Shown in pieces: positions 1 to 9,110 of a DNA stretch of 64,000 bases (positions within the stretch are counted from its first letter, which is position 1; each line of letters begins with the position of its first letter). The translations under genes were made by a program, and so were the position numbers. The DNA comes from an uncultured delta proteobacterium (GTDB lineage Bacteria; Desulfobacterota; Binatia; Binatales; Binataceae), in NCBI GenBank assembly GCA_963808235.1, contig CAWEEQ010000004.1, positions 3,360,001 through 3,424,000 on the forward strand, written 5' to 3'. Under the pieces are notes generated by a model. The model was not told where the DNA came from. It saw only the letters and a list, made by a program, of their open reading frames with translations, and did no database searches.

Positions 1-515
1 GCGGCCCGAACTGATCTCACGCGCCGTGCTGGTCGAGCCGGTGATCTTCGAATCGCCCACCGCGCCGGAACTCGGATGGCGCAATCCATTCATCGAGAGG
101 ACGCTCAGGCGCAAGCGCGTTTTCGACAGTGTCGACGCGATGCTCTCGAACTTCGATCGCAAGCCGCCCTACAGCACCTGGCGCAAGGACATCCTGCGCG
201 ACTACTGCGAGTTCGGCACGCGGCCAACGCCCGACGGCAAACGCGAACTCAAGTGCTCGCCCGAAATTGAAGCGAAGCTCTATGAGACCGCCGCCGACTT
301 CGACGGGTTGCAGCGAATTCTCCGTTGCAAGATACCGATGCTGATAATGTTCGGGGCGCGGTCCGACTCTCTCGGAGCAACTCTGTCCGCAAAAGTTGCG
401 ACGCCAACTGAAGACCGCGCGCGTAATCGATGTTCCCAATACCGGCCATTTCATGCCCATGGAAATGCCCGACTACGTCGCCGCTCAAGCCGTCGAATTC
501 CTGTCCGCGACGTAG
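1..515 (+). CDS. alpha/beta hydrolase, 5'-partial, with an apparent frameshift near 400-405
   Basis: ORF 26.. reads LVEPVIF...P.LIMFGARSD. A second frame supplies QLKTARVIDVPNTGHFMPME...AVEFLSAT* with the catalytic-His motif GHF, ending TAG 513-515. Confidence 0.7.
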
Positions 516-527
516 CGGCTTCGCCGA

Positions 528-1151
528 TCACACCAGCCCGTGGATTTTCGCGAATGGATCCCACCCGGCATCGCGATGCCAATCATACTCCATCGCGATC
601 GCGATCTTCTCCGCTGTCTCCGCGCCGTATAGACGCGCCATCACGGCCAGCGCCATGTCGATTCCCGCCGACACGCCCGACAACGTCGCAAATTTTCCGT
701 CCTCGACCCAGCGCGCTTCGCGAATCCAGTTCACTTTCGCGCTCTGCTCCGCCACCCACTTGAATGCGCGCTTGTTGGTGGTCGCGCGACGCCCGTCCAG
801 CAGCCCGGTATGCGCCAAAATCGCGGTGCCGGTGCACACCGTGGTCACTACCTCCGCCTTTTCGCCGCGCGCCTTCAGCCAATCGAGCAACGTTTGATTG
901 GAAATCTCTTTGCGAGTCCCGATCCCTCCCGGGAGCAGCATCAGATCCAGATGCGGACAATCGCCAAAGCCAAATTCCGCGATCGCTTTGGGTCCCTGCG
1001 CGCTGGTAACCACGCCGCTACGCTCCGCGACGGTGGTAATTTTGCATTGCCCCATCACCGCAAGCATCCCCCATGCTTCGAGCGGACCAAATACATCGAG
1101 CAGCTCAAATCCTTCGAATAGTACAACTCCAAGTGTCCGCAACTCCGCCAT
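528..1151 (-). CDS. DJ-1/PfpI (ThiJ/InhA-like) family protein
   Basis: Motifs FELLDVFGP, LPGG.G, nucleophile VCTG, GRRATT and SGVSAGID. Confidence 0.9.
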   Translation of the reverse strand: MAELRTLGVVLFEGFELLDVFGPLEAWGMLAVMGQCKITTVAERSGVVTSAQGPKAIAEFGFGDCPHLDLMLLPGGIGTRKEISNQTLLDWLKARGEKAEVVTTVCTGTAILAHTGLLDGRRATTNKRAFKWVAEQSAKVNWIREARWVEDGKFATLSGVSAGIDMALAVMARLYGAETAEKIAIAMEYDWHRDAGWDPFAKIHGLV

Positions 1152-1162
1152 CTCTCCCTCCG

Positions 1163-1897
1163 TCAAAGCGAACTGAGTATTGCGCGCGCCTCGTTAGTAT
1201 ATATTCCGGGCCGATCGTAGAGAATCAGCGGAGGCTCTATTGCTACTTCGATTCCTCCTCCGACGCGCGCTTCAATCATCATGACTGATGCGGGCATACC
1301 TATTCGCGGATGGACAAAGCGGATGCGCTTCGGCTCCAGTTTTTTCGCGCGCATCGTCGATATCAGCTCGGCGGCGCGCCGCGCGGTAAAGACAAATGCT
1401 ACGCGTGCCCCATTGCGCGCATAGCGGCGTGCGGCTCGAATGAAATCGGCAAGCGTCGCCGAGCTTTCGCCGCGAGCAATCCGCCGGCCACGATCGGGAT
1501 TCTCGCGGCCGGCCGAAGTCGCTCGATAAGGAGGATTCGCTATCACCAGATCGAAGCTCGCGGACTCCAGCCGTGCGGACTTTTGCCGCAGGTCGGCGCA
1601 GATCGCGCGCACCGAGCCCAGGTCATTCAGCGCCGCATTGCGCTCGATCATTTCCGCGAGATTGGGTTGAATCTCGATCGCAACGACTTCGCGAGCATGG
1701 TAAATCGCCGCAATCATGATCGAGATGACGCCACATCCCGCGCCCAACTCAAGAACGCGATCGCGCGTGCTCGCGCGCACGAATCTGCCCAGCAAAATCG
1801 CTTCCACCGAAAATCGATAACCCTGCTTCGGCTGGATCAACGCGATCCGTCCGCCTAGGATTGTGTCGCGAGTTTCGCCGCTGGAAATAGACGTCAT
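1163..1897 (-). CDS. tRNA1(Val) A37 N6-methyltransferase-like SAM methyltransferase (YfiC/TrmN6 family)
   Basis: Motifs QP..GYRFS.EA.LL, SAM motif ELGAGCG, NPPY, and PKRIRFVHP. Confidence 0.85.
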   Translation of the reverse strand: MTSISSGETRDTILGGRIALIQPKQGYRFSVEAILLGRFVRASTRDRVLELGAGCGVISIMIAAIYHAREVVAIEIQPNLAEMIERNAALNDLGSVRAICADLRQKSARLESASFDLVIANPPYRATSAGRENPDRGRRIARGESSATLADFIRAARRYARNGARVAFVFTARRAAELISTMRAKKLEPKRIRFVHPRIGMPASVMMIEARVGGGIEVAIEPPLILYDRPGIYTNEARAILSSL

Positions 1898-2099
1898 GAA
1901 TTCCGCCGAAAAAGGAGAACGCTACGCGCGTATCTTTCGCAAGGCCGGTGTGTTCCTCGGCAAGGGCGAAATTGCGCGCGCGCTGGAAGCCCTCAACGAC
2001 GGTAAGAAAGTCGCCGAACGCGAAGGCGATAGCAAGATGGCTGAGCGATTCGCCGCCGAGATCGCTTCCGCCACGAAGCCTCCGGAAACTGAGCAATAG
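1896..2099 (+). CDS. small helical hypothetical protein (67 aa, TPR-like hairpin)
   Basis: Typical codon usage; amphipathic helices (ARALEALNDGKKVAEREGD). Confidence 0.55.
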   Translation: MNSAEKGERYARIFRKAGVFLGKGEIARALEALNDGKKVAEREGDSKMAERFAAEIASATKPPETEQ

Positions 2100-2294
2100 C
2101 GCGCGATTTCTGCTATTTCCCGGAGAATCTTTCGCTCCCCGCACCGCTTGACGAGTCCAAGTTCGTACTTACTTTGATATCGTGGGACGTAGAGCGCAAT
2201 AAGCCGAAAGACGCATTGATTTTTCGCCGCGCCCGGCGCCCCCAAAATATTACAATCAGGCCGGACAGGTTGACCGGCAGGAGGTTCTCTTACG

Positions 2295-2720
2295 ATGGAA
2301 GTGCGGATGAATGGTTTTACCCCGAATGACTCCTTGCTTCGCCGCTGGAACGTTTTATGGAACGAGCTCGAGCCTACGGCGACGCGCAAGACCGCGCCCA
2401 CTGCTGACGTGATCGAAGATGCTGACGTTTATCATTTCTACTTCGAGATGGCCGGCATCGCGAGTGATTCAGTAGACGTGCGCGTCGAAGATGGTAATCT
2501 CATCGTCGAGGCGGAGCGCAAGCGTCCCGAATGGTCGAAGGACGCCGAAGTGCACCTGGCAGAGCGGACTTACGGCACGATGCGCCGGGCGTTCACGATG
2601 CCTGAAGACGCCAGCCACGACGGCATCAAGGCGGCCTACAAGGATGGCGTCCTCGAAGTGACCGTACCGAAGAAACCGGAAAGCAAACCGTTCAAGATCA
2701 AGGTCGAGGTCGAGAACTAA
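2295..2720 (+). CDS. Hsp20/alpha-crystallin small heat-shock protein
   Basis: Motifs ER.YG...R.F..P and A.YKDGVL.V.VPK; RBS GGAGG upstream. Confidence 0.92.
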   Translation: MEVRMNGFTPNDSLLRRWNVLWNELEPTATRKTAPTADVIEDADVYHFYFEMAGIASDSVDVRVEDGNLIVEAERKRPEWSKDAEVHLAERTYGTMRRAFTMPEDASHDGIKAAYKDGVLEVTVPKKPESKPFKIKVEVEN

Positions 2721-2769
2721 ACAGGCTCCGATGAGCGCTTCGAGCCGCGGCTGAATTCAAGTGTGAACT

Positions 2770-2815
2770 GTGCGCCGGCAGGCGATACAAACTTCAGCGC
2801 CTGCCGGCGCACTAC
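2770..2815. repeat. perfect 15-bp inverted repeat (REP-like hairpin or terminator)
   Basis: GTGCGCCGGCAGGCG...CGCCTGCCGGCGCAC followed by TAC, which gives GTAG at the hairpin foot on the minus strand (a REP hallmark). Confidence 0.6.
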
Positions 2816-2865
2816 AATAGAGCCGGCGAAGCCACGCAACGGGTTGGGTATTGCCCAACAGAGGA

Positions 2866-3432
2866 ATGGCAATGCTGATTCTGGTTATTATAGTGGCTAT
2901 CGTCGCATGGATAGTACTTGCCTACAATCGATTAGTCAGTCTGCGTAACCAAGTGGATAATGCCTGGCGGCAGATTGATGTACAGCTGAAACGCCGCCAT
3001 GACCTGATCCCGAATCTCGTCGAGGCGGTCAAAGGCTATATGCAGTTCGAGCGCGATACCCTGACCCAGGTGGTAGAAGCGCGCGCGAAAGCCGTTAGCG
3101 CGCCCGACCAGGCGTCGCGGATGGCGGCGGAAAATCAGATCACCACCGGCCTCGGCAAGCTGCTCGCAGTCATGGAGAACTATCCGCAGCTGAAGGCGGA
3201 CGAGAACGTGCTCAAGCTCCAGGAGGAGTTGACCACCACCGAAAATCAGCTCGCCTTCGCGCGCCAGTCATACAATGACGTAGTGCTCGATCTGAATAAC
3301 CGGATTCAAACCTTCCCGTCCAATATGATCGCCAGCAACTTCGGCTTCCACACCGCCGAATATTTCAAAGGTGCTCCCGAAGAGCAGGCTGTTCCCAAGG
3401 TCGATCTCTCGATGACAACGCCGCACGCCTGA
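2866..3432 (+). CDS. lemA: LemA family protein
   Basis: N-terminal TM; motifs YN.L..LRN...NAW.QIDVQLKRRHDLIPNLV and ENYPQLKA. Confidence 0.95.
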   Translation: MAMLILVIIVAIVAWIVLAYNRLVSLRNQVDNAWRQIDVQLKRRHDLIPNLVEAVKGYMQFERDTLTQVVEARAKAVSAPDQASRMAAENQITTGLGKLLAVMENYPQLKADENVLKLQEELTTTENQLAFARQSYNDVVLDLNNRIQTFPSNMIASNFGFHTAEYFKGAPEEQAVPKVDLSMTTPHA

Positions 3433-3454
3433 ACCCGATCCGCAGGCACGCGCG

Positions 3455-4471
3455 ATGGCGGCAAGCAATTTCAGAGCGCTCGAGGCGACCAATCGCCGCC
3501 AGACCGCCATGCTGGTGGTGGCATTTATGCTGCTGTTCGGTGCACTCGGCCTCGGCCTGGATTTTGCCGCGCACGATTTTTCGATCGTGAACGGTCAGTT
3601 CATCGGTTTTCCCGTCTTGATGATTGCAGCGCTGGTTTTCGCCGGCGTCCAATCTGTCGTGTCATATTACAGCGGTGCGTCGCTGGTTCTCCTTTCAGTT
3701 CACGCCCGCCCGCTCACCGCGGATTCGACCCGGCACGAGATGGTGCTCGATGTAATCAACGAGATGGCCGTCGCGGCGCGAATGCCCGTGCCGACGCCAT
3801 ACCTGATGGACGATCCGTCGCCGAATGCTTTTGCCACAGGCCGCGACCCCGCTCATTCCGTGATTTGCGTCACCCAGGGACTGGTCGACCAGATGGATCG
3901 TGAGGAGATGCAGGGCGTGATCGGGCACGAGATGTCCCACGTCGCCGACTACGACATCCGCACCATGATGATGATCGCGGTGATGGTCGGCGGAATCGCG
4001 ATGCTCTCGGATTTCGTCTACCGATGGATGTTCTTCGGCGGATTCGGCGGACGCAGAAGTGGATCCGATAACAATCGCGACAACCAGGCGGCGATGCTGA
4101 TCACGCTGGCCGTCATAATATTGGCGGCGGTCGCCCCGATCTTTTCCCAGTTGCTCGCGATGGCGGTGTCGCGCCAGCGCGAATATCTCGCCGATGCGTC
4201 GTCGGTCGAGTTTACCCGCAATCCGCGCGCGCTGCTCCGCGCCCTCGAGCACATCGCTAAAATCGAGTCGCCCCTGAAGCAAGGCACCGCAGGCACCGCG
4301 CATCTGTTCATGGTCAATCCCCGCGAAGCTGCGGGCAGTGATAGCGAGGGCTTCTTCGCGAATCTGTTCTCGACCCATCCGCCGTTGAGCAGACGTATCG
4401 CAAGACTGCGCGCGATGCTGGGGGTTGCAGACGCGAGCACTGTTCCCGGCGCAGTCGCGGTTGATACCTGA
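3455..4471 (+). CDS. htpX: M48 zinc metalloprotease HtpX
   Basis: Motifs PNAFATG, HEMSH (HExxH), SRQREYLAD and FSTHPP; follows lemA. Confidence 0.92.
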   Translation: MAASNFRALEATNRRQTAMLVVAFMLLFGALGLGLDFAAHDFSIVNGQFIGFPVLMIAALVFAGVQSVVSYYSGASLVLLSVHARPLTADSTRHEMVLDVINEMAVAARMPVPTPYLMDDPSPNAFATGRDPAHSVICVTQGLVDQMDREEMQGVIGHEMSHVADYDIRTMMMIAVMVGGIAMLSDFVYRWMFFGGFGGRRSGSDNNRDNQAAMLITLAVIILAAVAPIFSQLLAMAVSRQREYLADASSVEFTRNPRALLRALEHIAKIESPLKQGTAGTAHLFMVNPREAAGSDSEGFFANLFSTHPPLSRRIARLRAMLGVADASTVPGAVAVDT

Positions 4472-4526
4472 GCTCGATCTCGAGCCGGCGTTTGCCCGAT
4501 TTTCGCACGCGGCCTAAACTCGGCGC

Positions 4527-5375
4527 GTGACGAACTCCGGCCAAATCGAAGCGATACTTCACCAGGTTGTCGCGAGCGTTTCGAAGATCGACGGCATCGT
4601 CGCGATCGTTCTCGGCGGATCTCGCGCCCGCGGCACCGCTGACGCCTGGTCGGATATCGACCTTGGAATCTACTACGACAGCTCGCGTCCATTCTCGACG
4701 ATGGCTCTGGGAGCGGCCGCGCAGGAACTCGACGATCGACACTCTGCCGGGCTGGTGACCGGGTTTGGCGAATGGGGACCGGGCGTGAATGGCGGCGGAT
4801 GGCTCGAGATTCGCGGCCATCATGTGGATTTCCTCTATCGAGAAATCGGCGCCGTGCGCGAGGCGATCGACGAATGTATCGCCGGGCGCCCGCGCAGCAT
4901 CTATCAGCTCGGCCATCCGCTCGGATTTCACGTCCAGATTTACGCCGGTGAGATTCACGTATGCCGCCCGCTGTTCGATCCCTCCGCCGCGATCGCGGGA
5001 CTCAAGGCGAAGGTCGCGAACTATCCCGAGGAGTTCCGCCGCGCAGTCATAGGCAAACATTTGTTCGACGCTGAATTTGAGATCTCGATCGCATCGAAGC
5101 CGGCCAGCCGCGGCGACGTGATGTACGTCGCGGGATGCCTCTTCCGCGCCGCGGGCTTCATGACCCTGGTTCTCTACGCGCTGAATCGCAAATTTTTTCT
5201 CAATGAGAAGGGAGCGGTCGCCGAATCGCGCGGATTCTCGATCAAGCCGGCGCACTTTCACGACACCGTCGCAAAGATTTTAGGAAATGTCGGTCGCACG
5301 CCGGCCGAGTTGTCGGCGAGCGTCGAGGGCTTCCAGAGCCTCACCGCCGAGATCCGCAAACTCACGGAATCGTGA
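4527..5375 (+). CDS. Pol-beta-superfamily nucleotidyltransferase domain protein (DUF4037-type)
   Basis: Motifs LGGSRARG...SDIDLG.YY, WGP.VNGG.WL and C-terminal NEKG. Confidence 0.8.
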   Translation: MTNSGQIEAILHQVVASVSKIDGIVAIVLGGSRARGTADAWSDIDLGIYYDSSRPFSTMALGAAAQELDDRHSAGLVTGFGEWGPGVNGGGWLEIRGHHVDFLYREIGAVREAIDECIAGRPRSIYQLGHPLGFHVQIYAGEIHVCRPLFDPSAAIAGLKAKVANYPEEFRRAVIGKHLFDAEFEISIASKPASRGDVMYVAGCLFRAAGFMTLVLYALNRKFFLNEKGAVAESRGFSIKPAHFHDTVAKILGNVGRTPAELSASVEGFQSLTAEIRKLTES

Positions 5376-5861
5376 TCAGCGGTTGCGACTCTTAAGCGCC
5401 CGCTCGATCTCGCGATCTGACGTCTTGCGTGCTATCGCCTCGCGCTTGTCGTAGGAGTGCTTGCCCTTGGCCAGCCCCAGCTCAACCTTGGCCCGTCCGC
5501 TCTTGAAATATATTTTGAGCGGCACGATCGAGTAGCCCTTCTCGCGCACCCGGCCCCACAGACGATCGATCTCGCGCCGATGCATCAGCAGTTTCCGCGC
5601 GCGAGTTTCCTTATGGCTGAATTGACCCGCCGGCGCGTACGCCCCGATATGGACGCCCTCAAGAAACGCCTCGCCGTTCTTGATTCGCGCGTAGCTGTCG
5701 CGCAGATTCGCGCGATGCGCCCGCAACGACTTCACTTCCGTGCCGGTCAGCGCAAGCCCGGCCTCCAGCGTTTCCTCGATAAAGAAATCATGCCGCGCCT
5801 TGCGGTTATCGACAACCAGATCGAATCCGTCGCCTGATGATTTTCCGTTATTTCGCGCCAT
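5376..5861 (-). CDS. smpB: SsrA-binding protein SmpB
   Basis: Motifs NRKARHDF, EAG.AL.GTEVKSLR, RKLL.H..EI and GK..YDKRE. Confidence 0.98.
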   Translation of the reverse strand: MARNNGKSSGDGFDLVVDNRKARHDFFIEETLEAGLALTGTEVKSLRAHRANLRDSYARIKNGEAFLEGVHIGAYAPAGQFSHKETRARKLLMHRREIDRLWGRVREKGYSIVPLKIYFKSGRAKVELGLAKGKHSYDKREAIARKTSDREIERALKSRNR

Positions 5862-6007
5862 CGCTCCGCGAGTCTATCCGCACGTGCGCATGCAGATAAG
5901 AGGCCGCTTTCGCCGACCAGTTGCGAACGCGCCGACTGAGCCTTAAACTGAATGTAGTAACCGTTTTGACTTTTTCGACTGGCCTCATATGAAAACCCAC
6001 GATCTGT

Positions 6008-6365
6008 GGGGGCGAACCGGATTCGACGAAGACAATAGGGCCACGGTCGCACGCCGGGTGCTGTCGACCCGTAAAACTGGCAGACTGCGAAATTTACCCG
6101 CAGACAATAACGGTTACGCTCTGGCGGCCTAAGGGCCGCTAGCGTCCCGCCGCTGCTCGCCCATGGCAGCGGGTCGGGGCGTCATTTAGTGGGCTAGGGA
6201 ACCGCAGTTCACCGGCTGGGCGGCCTCCCGAAACTTCAGCCGGCTGGCGTCTGGAAAGCCCGTCCGTGGGCGTTCCAGGTGCGAGCTAAAATCCGCGGAC
6301 TAAGCGTGTAGTGGCCGTCGCCGGAAGGCCTTCGGACGGGGGTTCAATTCCCCCCGCCTCCACCA
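6008..6365 (+). ncRNA. ssrA: tmRNA
   Basis: 5' GGGGGCGAAC-CGGATTCGAC; 3' T-arm GGTTCAATTCCCCCCGCCTCCACCA; tag ORF 6100-6132 encodes ADNNGYALAA*; divergent from smpB. Confidence 0.97.
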
Positions 6366-6430
6366 CTTTTCTCGTCGCGAGATTCGTGTCTCAATTCTTA
6401 TCGACGAACCAACACCACGAGGGCACTATC

Positions 6431-7120
6431 ATGATCGACCTCTACTACTGGCCAACTCCCAACGGACACAAGATCACAATCTTCCTCGAGGAGACCGGCC
6501 TCGATTACAAAATCGTGCCGGTGAATATCCGCAAGGGCGAACAGTTCGCGCCCGAGTTCCTGAAGATCAGCCCGAACAACCGGATGCCCGCGATTGTCGA
6601 TCATGACGGCCCCGGCGGGAAACCGTTTGCGCTCTTCGAATCCGGCGCGATCCTCCTCTACCTCGCCGAGAAGACCGGCAAGTTCATGCCGTCCGAGACT
6701 CGCGCGCGCTACAACGTCATCGAATGGCTCATGTTCCAGATGGCCGGCGTTGGCCCGATGTTCGGCCAGCGAGGTCACTTCCTCCGCGCCGCGCCCGAAA
6801 AACTCCCCTACGCAATCGAGCGCTACACCAATGAATCGCGCCGCCTGCTCAACGTGATCGAAAATCGCCTCGCCACCACCGCTTACCTCGCGGGTGACTA
6901 CTCGATAGCCGACATGGCGACCTATCCATGGGTAGTCGGAACGCGCCGCGAACCCGAGCAGTTGGAAAGCCGCCCGAATTTCAAGCGATGGCTCGACGCG
7001 ATCGGCGAACGCCCCGCCGTCAAACGAGGCGTCGCGGTGATGGCCGATCTGCCGCCCGAACCGCTCGATGAGGCAGCGCGCTCGATCCTCTACGGCGCCA
7101 AGCAGTTCGAGCGCCGCTGA
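6431..7120 (+). CDS. glutathione S-transferase, Nu class (YfcG-like disulfide-bond oxidoreductase)
   Basis: Motifs YYWPTPNGHK, SPNNRMPAI, FESGAIL.YLAEK and WLMFQM. Confidence 0.93.
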   Translation: MIDLYYWPTPNGHKITIFLEETGLDYKIVPVNIRKGEQFAPEFLKISPNNRMPAIVDHDGPGGKPFALFESGAILLYLAEKTGKFMPSETRARYNVIEWLMFQMAGVGPMFGQRGHFLRAAPEKLPYAIERYTNESRRLLNVIENRLATTAYLAGDYSIADMATYPWVVGTRREPEQLESRPNFKRWLDAIGERPAVKRGVAVMADLPPEPLDEAARSILYGAKQFERR

Positions 7121-7162
7121 GTTTGGCGTAGACGCCATCGCGATCGGCTCGAGTAGCTACGA

Positions 7163-8038
7163 ATGCTTAAGATAGTTAGGCTGACTGTCCTCCTACTCTG
7201 CACACTTGTAAGACCAGTCCTGGCCCAGACTAGCTCCCCCGCGCCGACTACGCTAAATGCTCGCAAGAATGCCTGCGCGCTGGTTTCTACGACCTGGATA
7301 TGCAATCCCGCCGGATTCAATATCGGAACCATCACCCTGTCCGACGCGCAGAAGGTCACGATGGAATTGGGCGCCTCGGCCGGGCAATTCTTTACGATTC
7401 GACTTACGCAAGACTCTATAGGTGGCCGCGTTCCGACTTGGGGCAGTATGTTCCTGTTCCAGAACTCAAGTACGAACGCTGCGAGTACTCTGGTCCCTCT
7501 ATCGTTCCCCAATGCGGCTGAAAACATTTTATTCCAGTACGACGCAGTCATGGCTAAGTGGGTGTACCTGTCCCGCTCTGGTATCCAGCAGATCGCCCCG
7601 ACTGTTCAGGGTGCCGGTACGACCATAGGCGATCATCCGGGTAGGGGGAGTTCAGTGAAAGCCCTTTTTCTCCCAGCCAACACTGAGACAGGAGTCTTTG
7701 GCGACAATGGAGGGTTCGAGGGGCCGGAAGGCAACGGTGTTGTCAGCTACTATCAGATCCAGTCTGGAGTCATCCAGTTCTGCAATTCCGATGCGATAAC
7801 TACACTGGCTACCTTTCGTTGTAACAAATCCGGGGACTGGCCCGAAGCTACCGCGCAAACTGCTCCTGTCCAGGTTCCGCCGGGAGGTTGTACTGAATTT
7901 CAGGTACAGATGGTTGTGAAAACTGACACGGCGCCGCGCGTTTTTACTGGCCATGTGTGCTACATAAATCCCGGCAACTCGGAAGCCGCCTATGCTACAT
8001 GGAACAGTGTCTACAATGAGGAGATTCCCGTCAGGTAG
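7163..8038 (+). CDS. secreted hypothetical protein with a phage tail-fibre-like beta module
   Basis: Sec signal ending VLA/Q; segment FTIRLTQDSIGGRVPTWGSMF...ILFQYD...KW; lower GC than flanks. Confidence 0.65.
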   Translation: MLKIVRLTVLLLCTLVRPVLAQTSSPAPTTLNARKNACALVSTTWICNPAGFNIGTITLSDAQKVTMELGASAGQFFTIRLTQDSIGGRVPTWGSMFLFQNSSTNAASTLVPLSFPNAAENILFQYDAVMAKWVYLSRSGIQQIAPTVQGAGTTIGDHPGRGSSVKALFLPANTETGVFGDNGGFEGPEGNGVVSYYQIQSGVIQFCNSDAITTLATFRCNKSGDWPEATAQTAPVQVPPGGCTEFQVQMVVKTDTAPRVFTGHVCYINPGNSEAAYATWNSVYNEEIPVR

Positions 8039-9008
8039 TACACCTGTAATATTGGCGGCAATCGTCCTGGCGCTTCTGATTCGTTCCACGTCGGCACAGG
8101 CGCAATTTATCGGCGGCTCATCGTTCACGGGAAAAGATTCTCTGGTCTCGACCCTGTCCGGTGTTGGGAGCGCGGCTTCAGTCAGATTTGGCGGAATGGG
8201 AGTGAATCCACCAGCGCTGCAAAACCTGGGCGGTGTCGTCCAGCTTATCCTTCAAAGCTCGACCGCTTGCTCCTGGGTCACTGCGGATTATCGCTGGACG
8301 ATCATCCGGCATTCTGAGACCCAGGCACACGGACTGTGCCAGGTGCTCTATTACCGCACCTTCCAGGCTGATGAACGCCTGCCATACCGGTTCCGATGGT
8401 TCGTTAGCGTGCCCTATGACATAAGGACCTACTTGATCTCGAATGTGTCCGGGGTGGACGTGGCTTCCAGCAACCACGGCAATGGCACCACGCTGACCGC
8501 AGACGGAGTGACTACGACTGTGGTGGGCGACTACTTGATGGCCTTCTATGCGAGCCTCGGATCGGGAACCTGGACTCAACCATCGAATATGGGGATCGCC
8601 GTCAGGAATGACTCAGCGGAGGGTGGACCTGCTAACTTTCACTTTCCGAACCTTGCGAGTCAGGCATGGGCCTATCCAGCATCAGCGACCGGAAACAAAG
8701 TGGCTACTGTGTCGGGAAGCCCGGTGGATTGGGTCGCGGACCTGGTAGCCTTCAAGCCGCTATACCCTATTCCGTCGCTGACCGTGGGCGACATAAACCC
8801 CGGCCCAGTCTATAACGGATGCAAAGGTAAGGTGACTCTATCCGCCGGCGAGGCAACGTTTAAGAACTCATGCGTTAAGAGCACGAGCTTTTGCCAATGT
8901 CGCGATACTACTACAACCGCTAACTCGTGCACCACCGCGAATCCTTCAACAGGTAGCGTTGGGGTGACGGGAACTGGTACAGATGTCGCGCTTGTCAACT
9001 GCATCTAA
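8016..9008 (+). CDS. secreted beta-rich hypothetical protein with a Cys-containing C-terminal module
   Basis: Signal peptide ending AQA/Q; Ser/Thr/Gly-rich; 6 Cys in the last ~65 aa; overlaps the upstream gene by 23 nt. Confidence 0.65.
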   Translation: MRRFPSGSTPVILAAIVLALLIRSTSAQAQFIGGSSFTGKDSLVSTLSGVGSAASVRFGGMGVNPPALQNLGGVVQLILQSSTACSWVTADYRWTIIRHSETQAHGLCQVLYYRTFQADERLPYRFRWFVSVPYDIRTYLISNVSGVDVASSNHGNGTTLTADGVTTTVVGDYLMAFYASLGSGTWTQPSNMGIAVRNDSAEGGPANFHFPNLASQAWAYPASATGNKVATVSGSPVDWVADLVAFKPLYPIPSLTVGDINPGPVYNGCKGKVTLSAGEATFKNSCVKSTSFCQCRDTTTTANSCTTANPSTGSVGVTGTGTDVALVNCI

Positions 9009-9110
9009 GCAGTCACCTACTCGACGAGTGGCAACCGCGTCGCCATCCGCAAAGCTTAGGACGCCCACCTAAGCCGCATCGCGTCGAATAGCCGCGAGCC
9101 GTGAGCTACG

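Noticed and set aside
2100-2295. CIRCE, HAIR or ROSE element upstream of Hsp20
   Set aside because: There is no TTAGCACTC-N9-GAGTGCTAA. CTTG-N7-CAAG is too short for HAIR, and no U(U/C)GCU pairing with the SD is seen.
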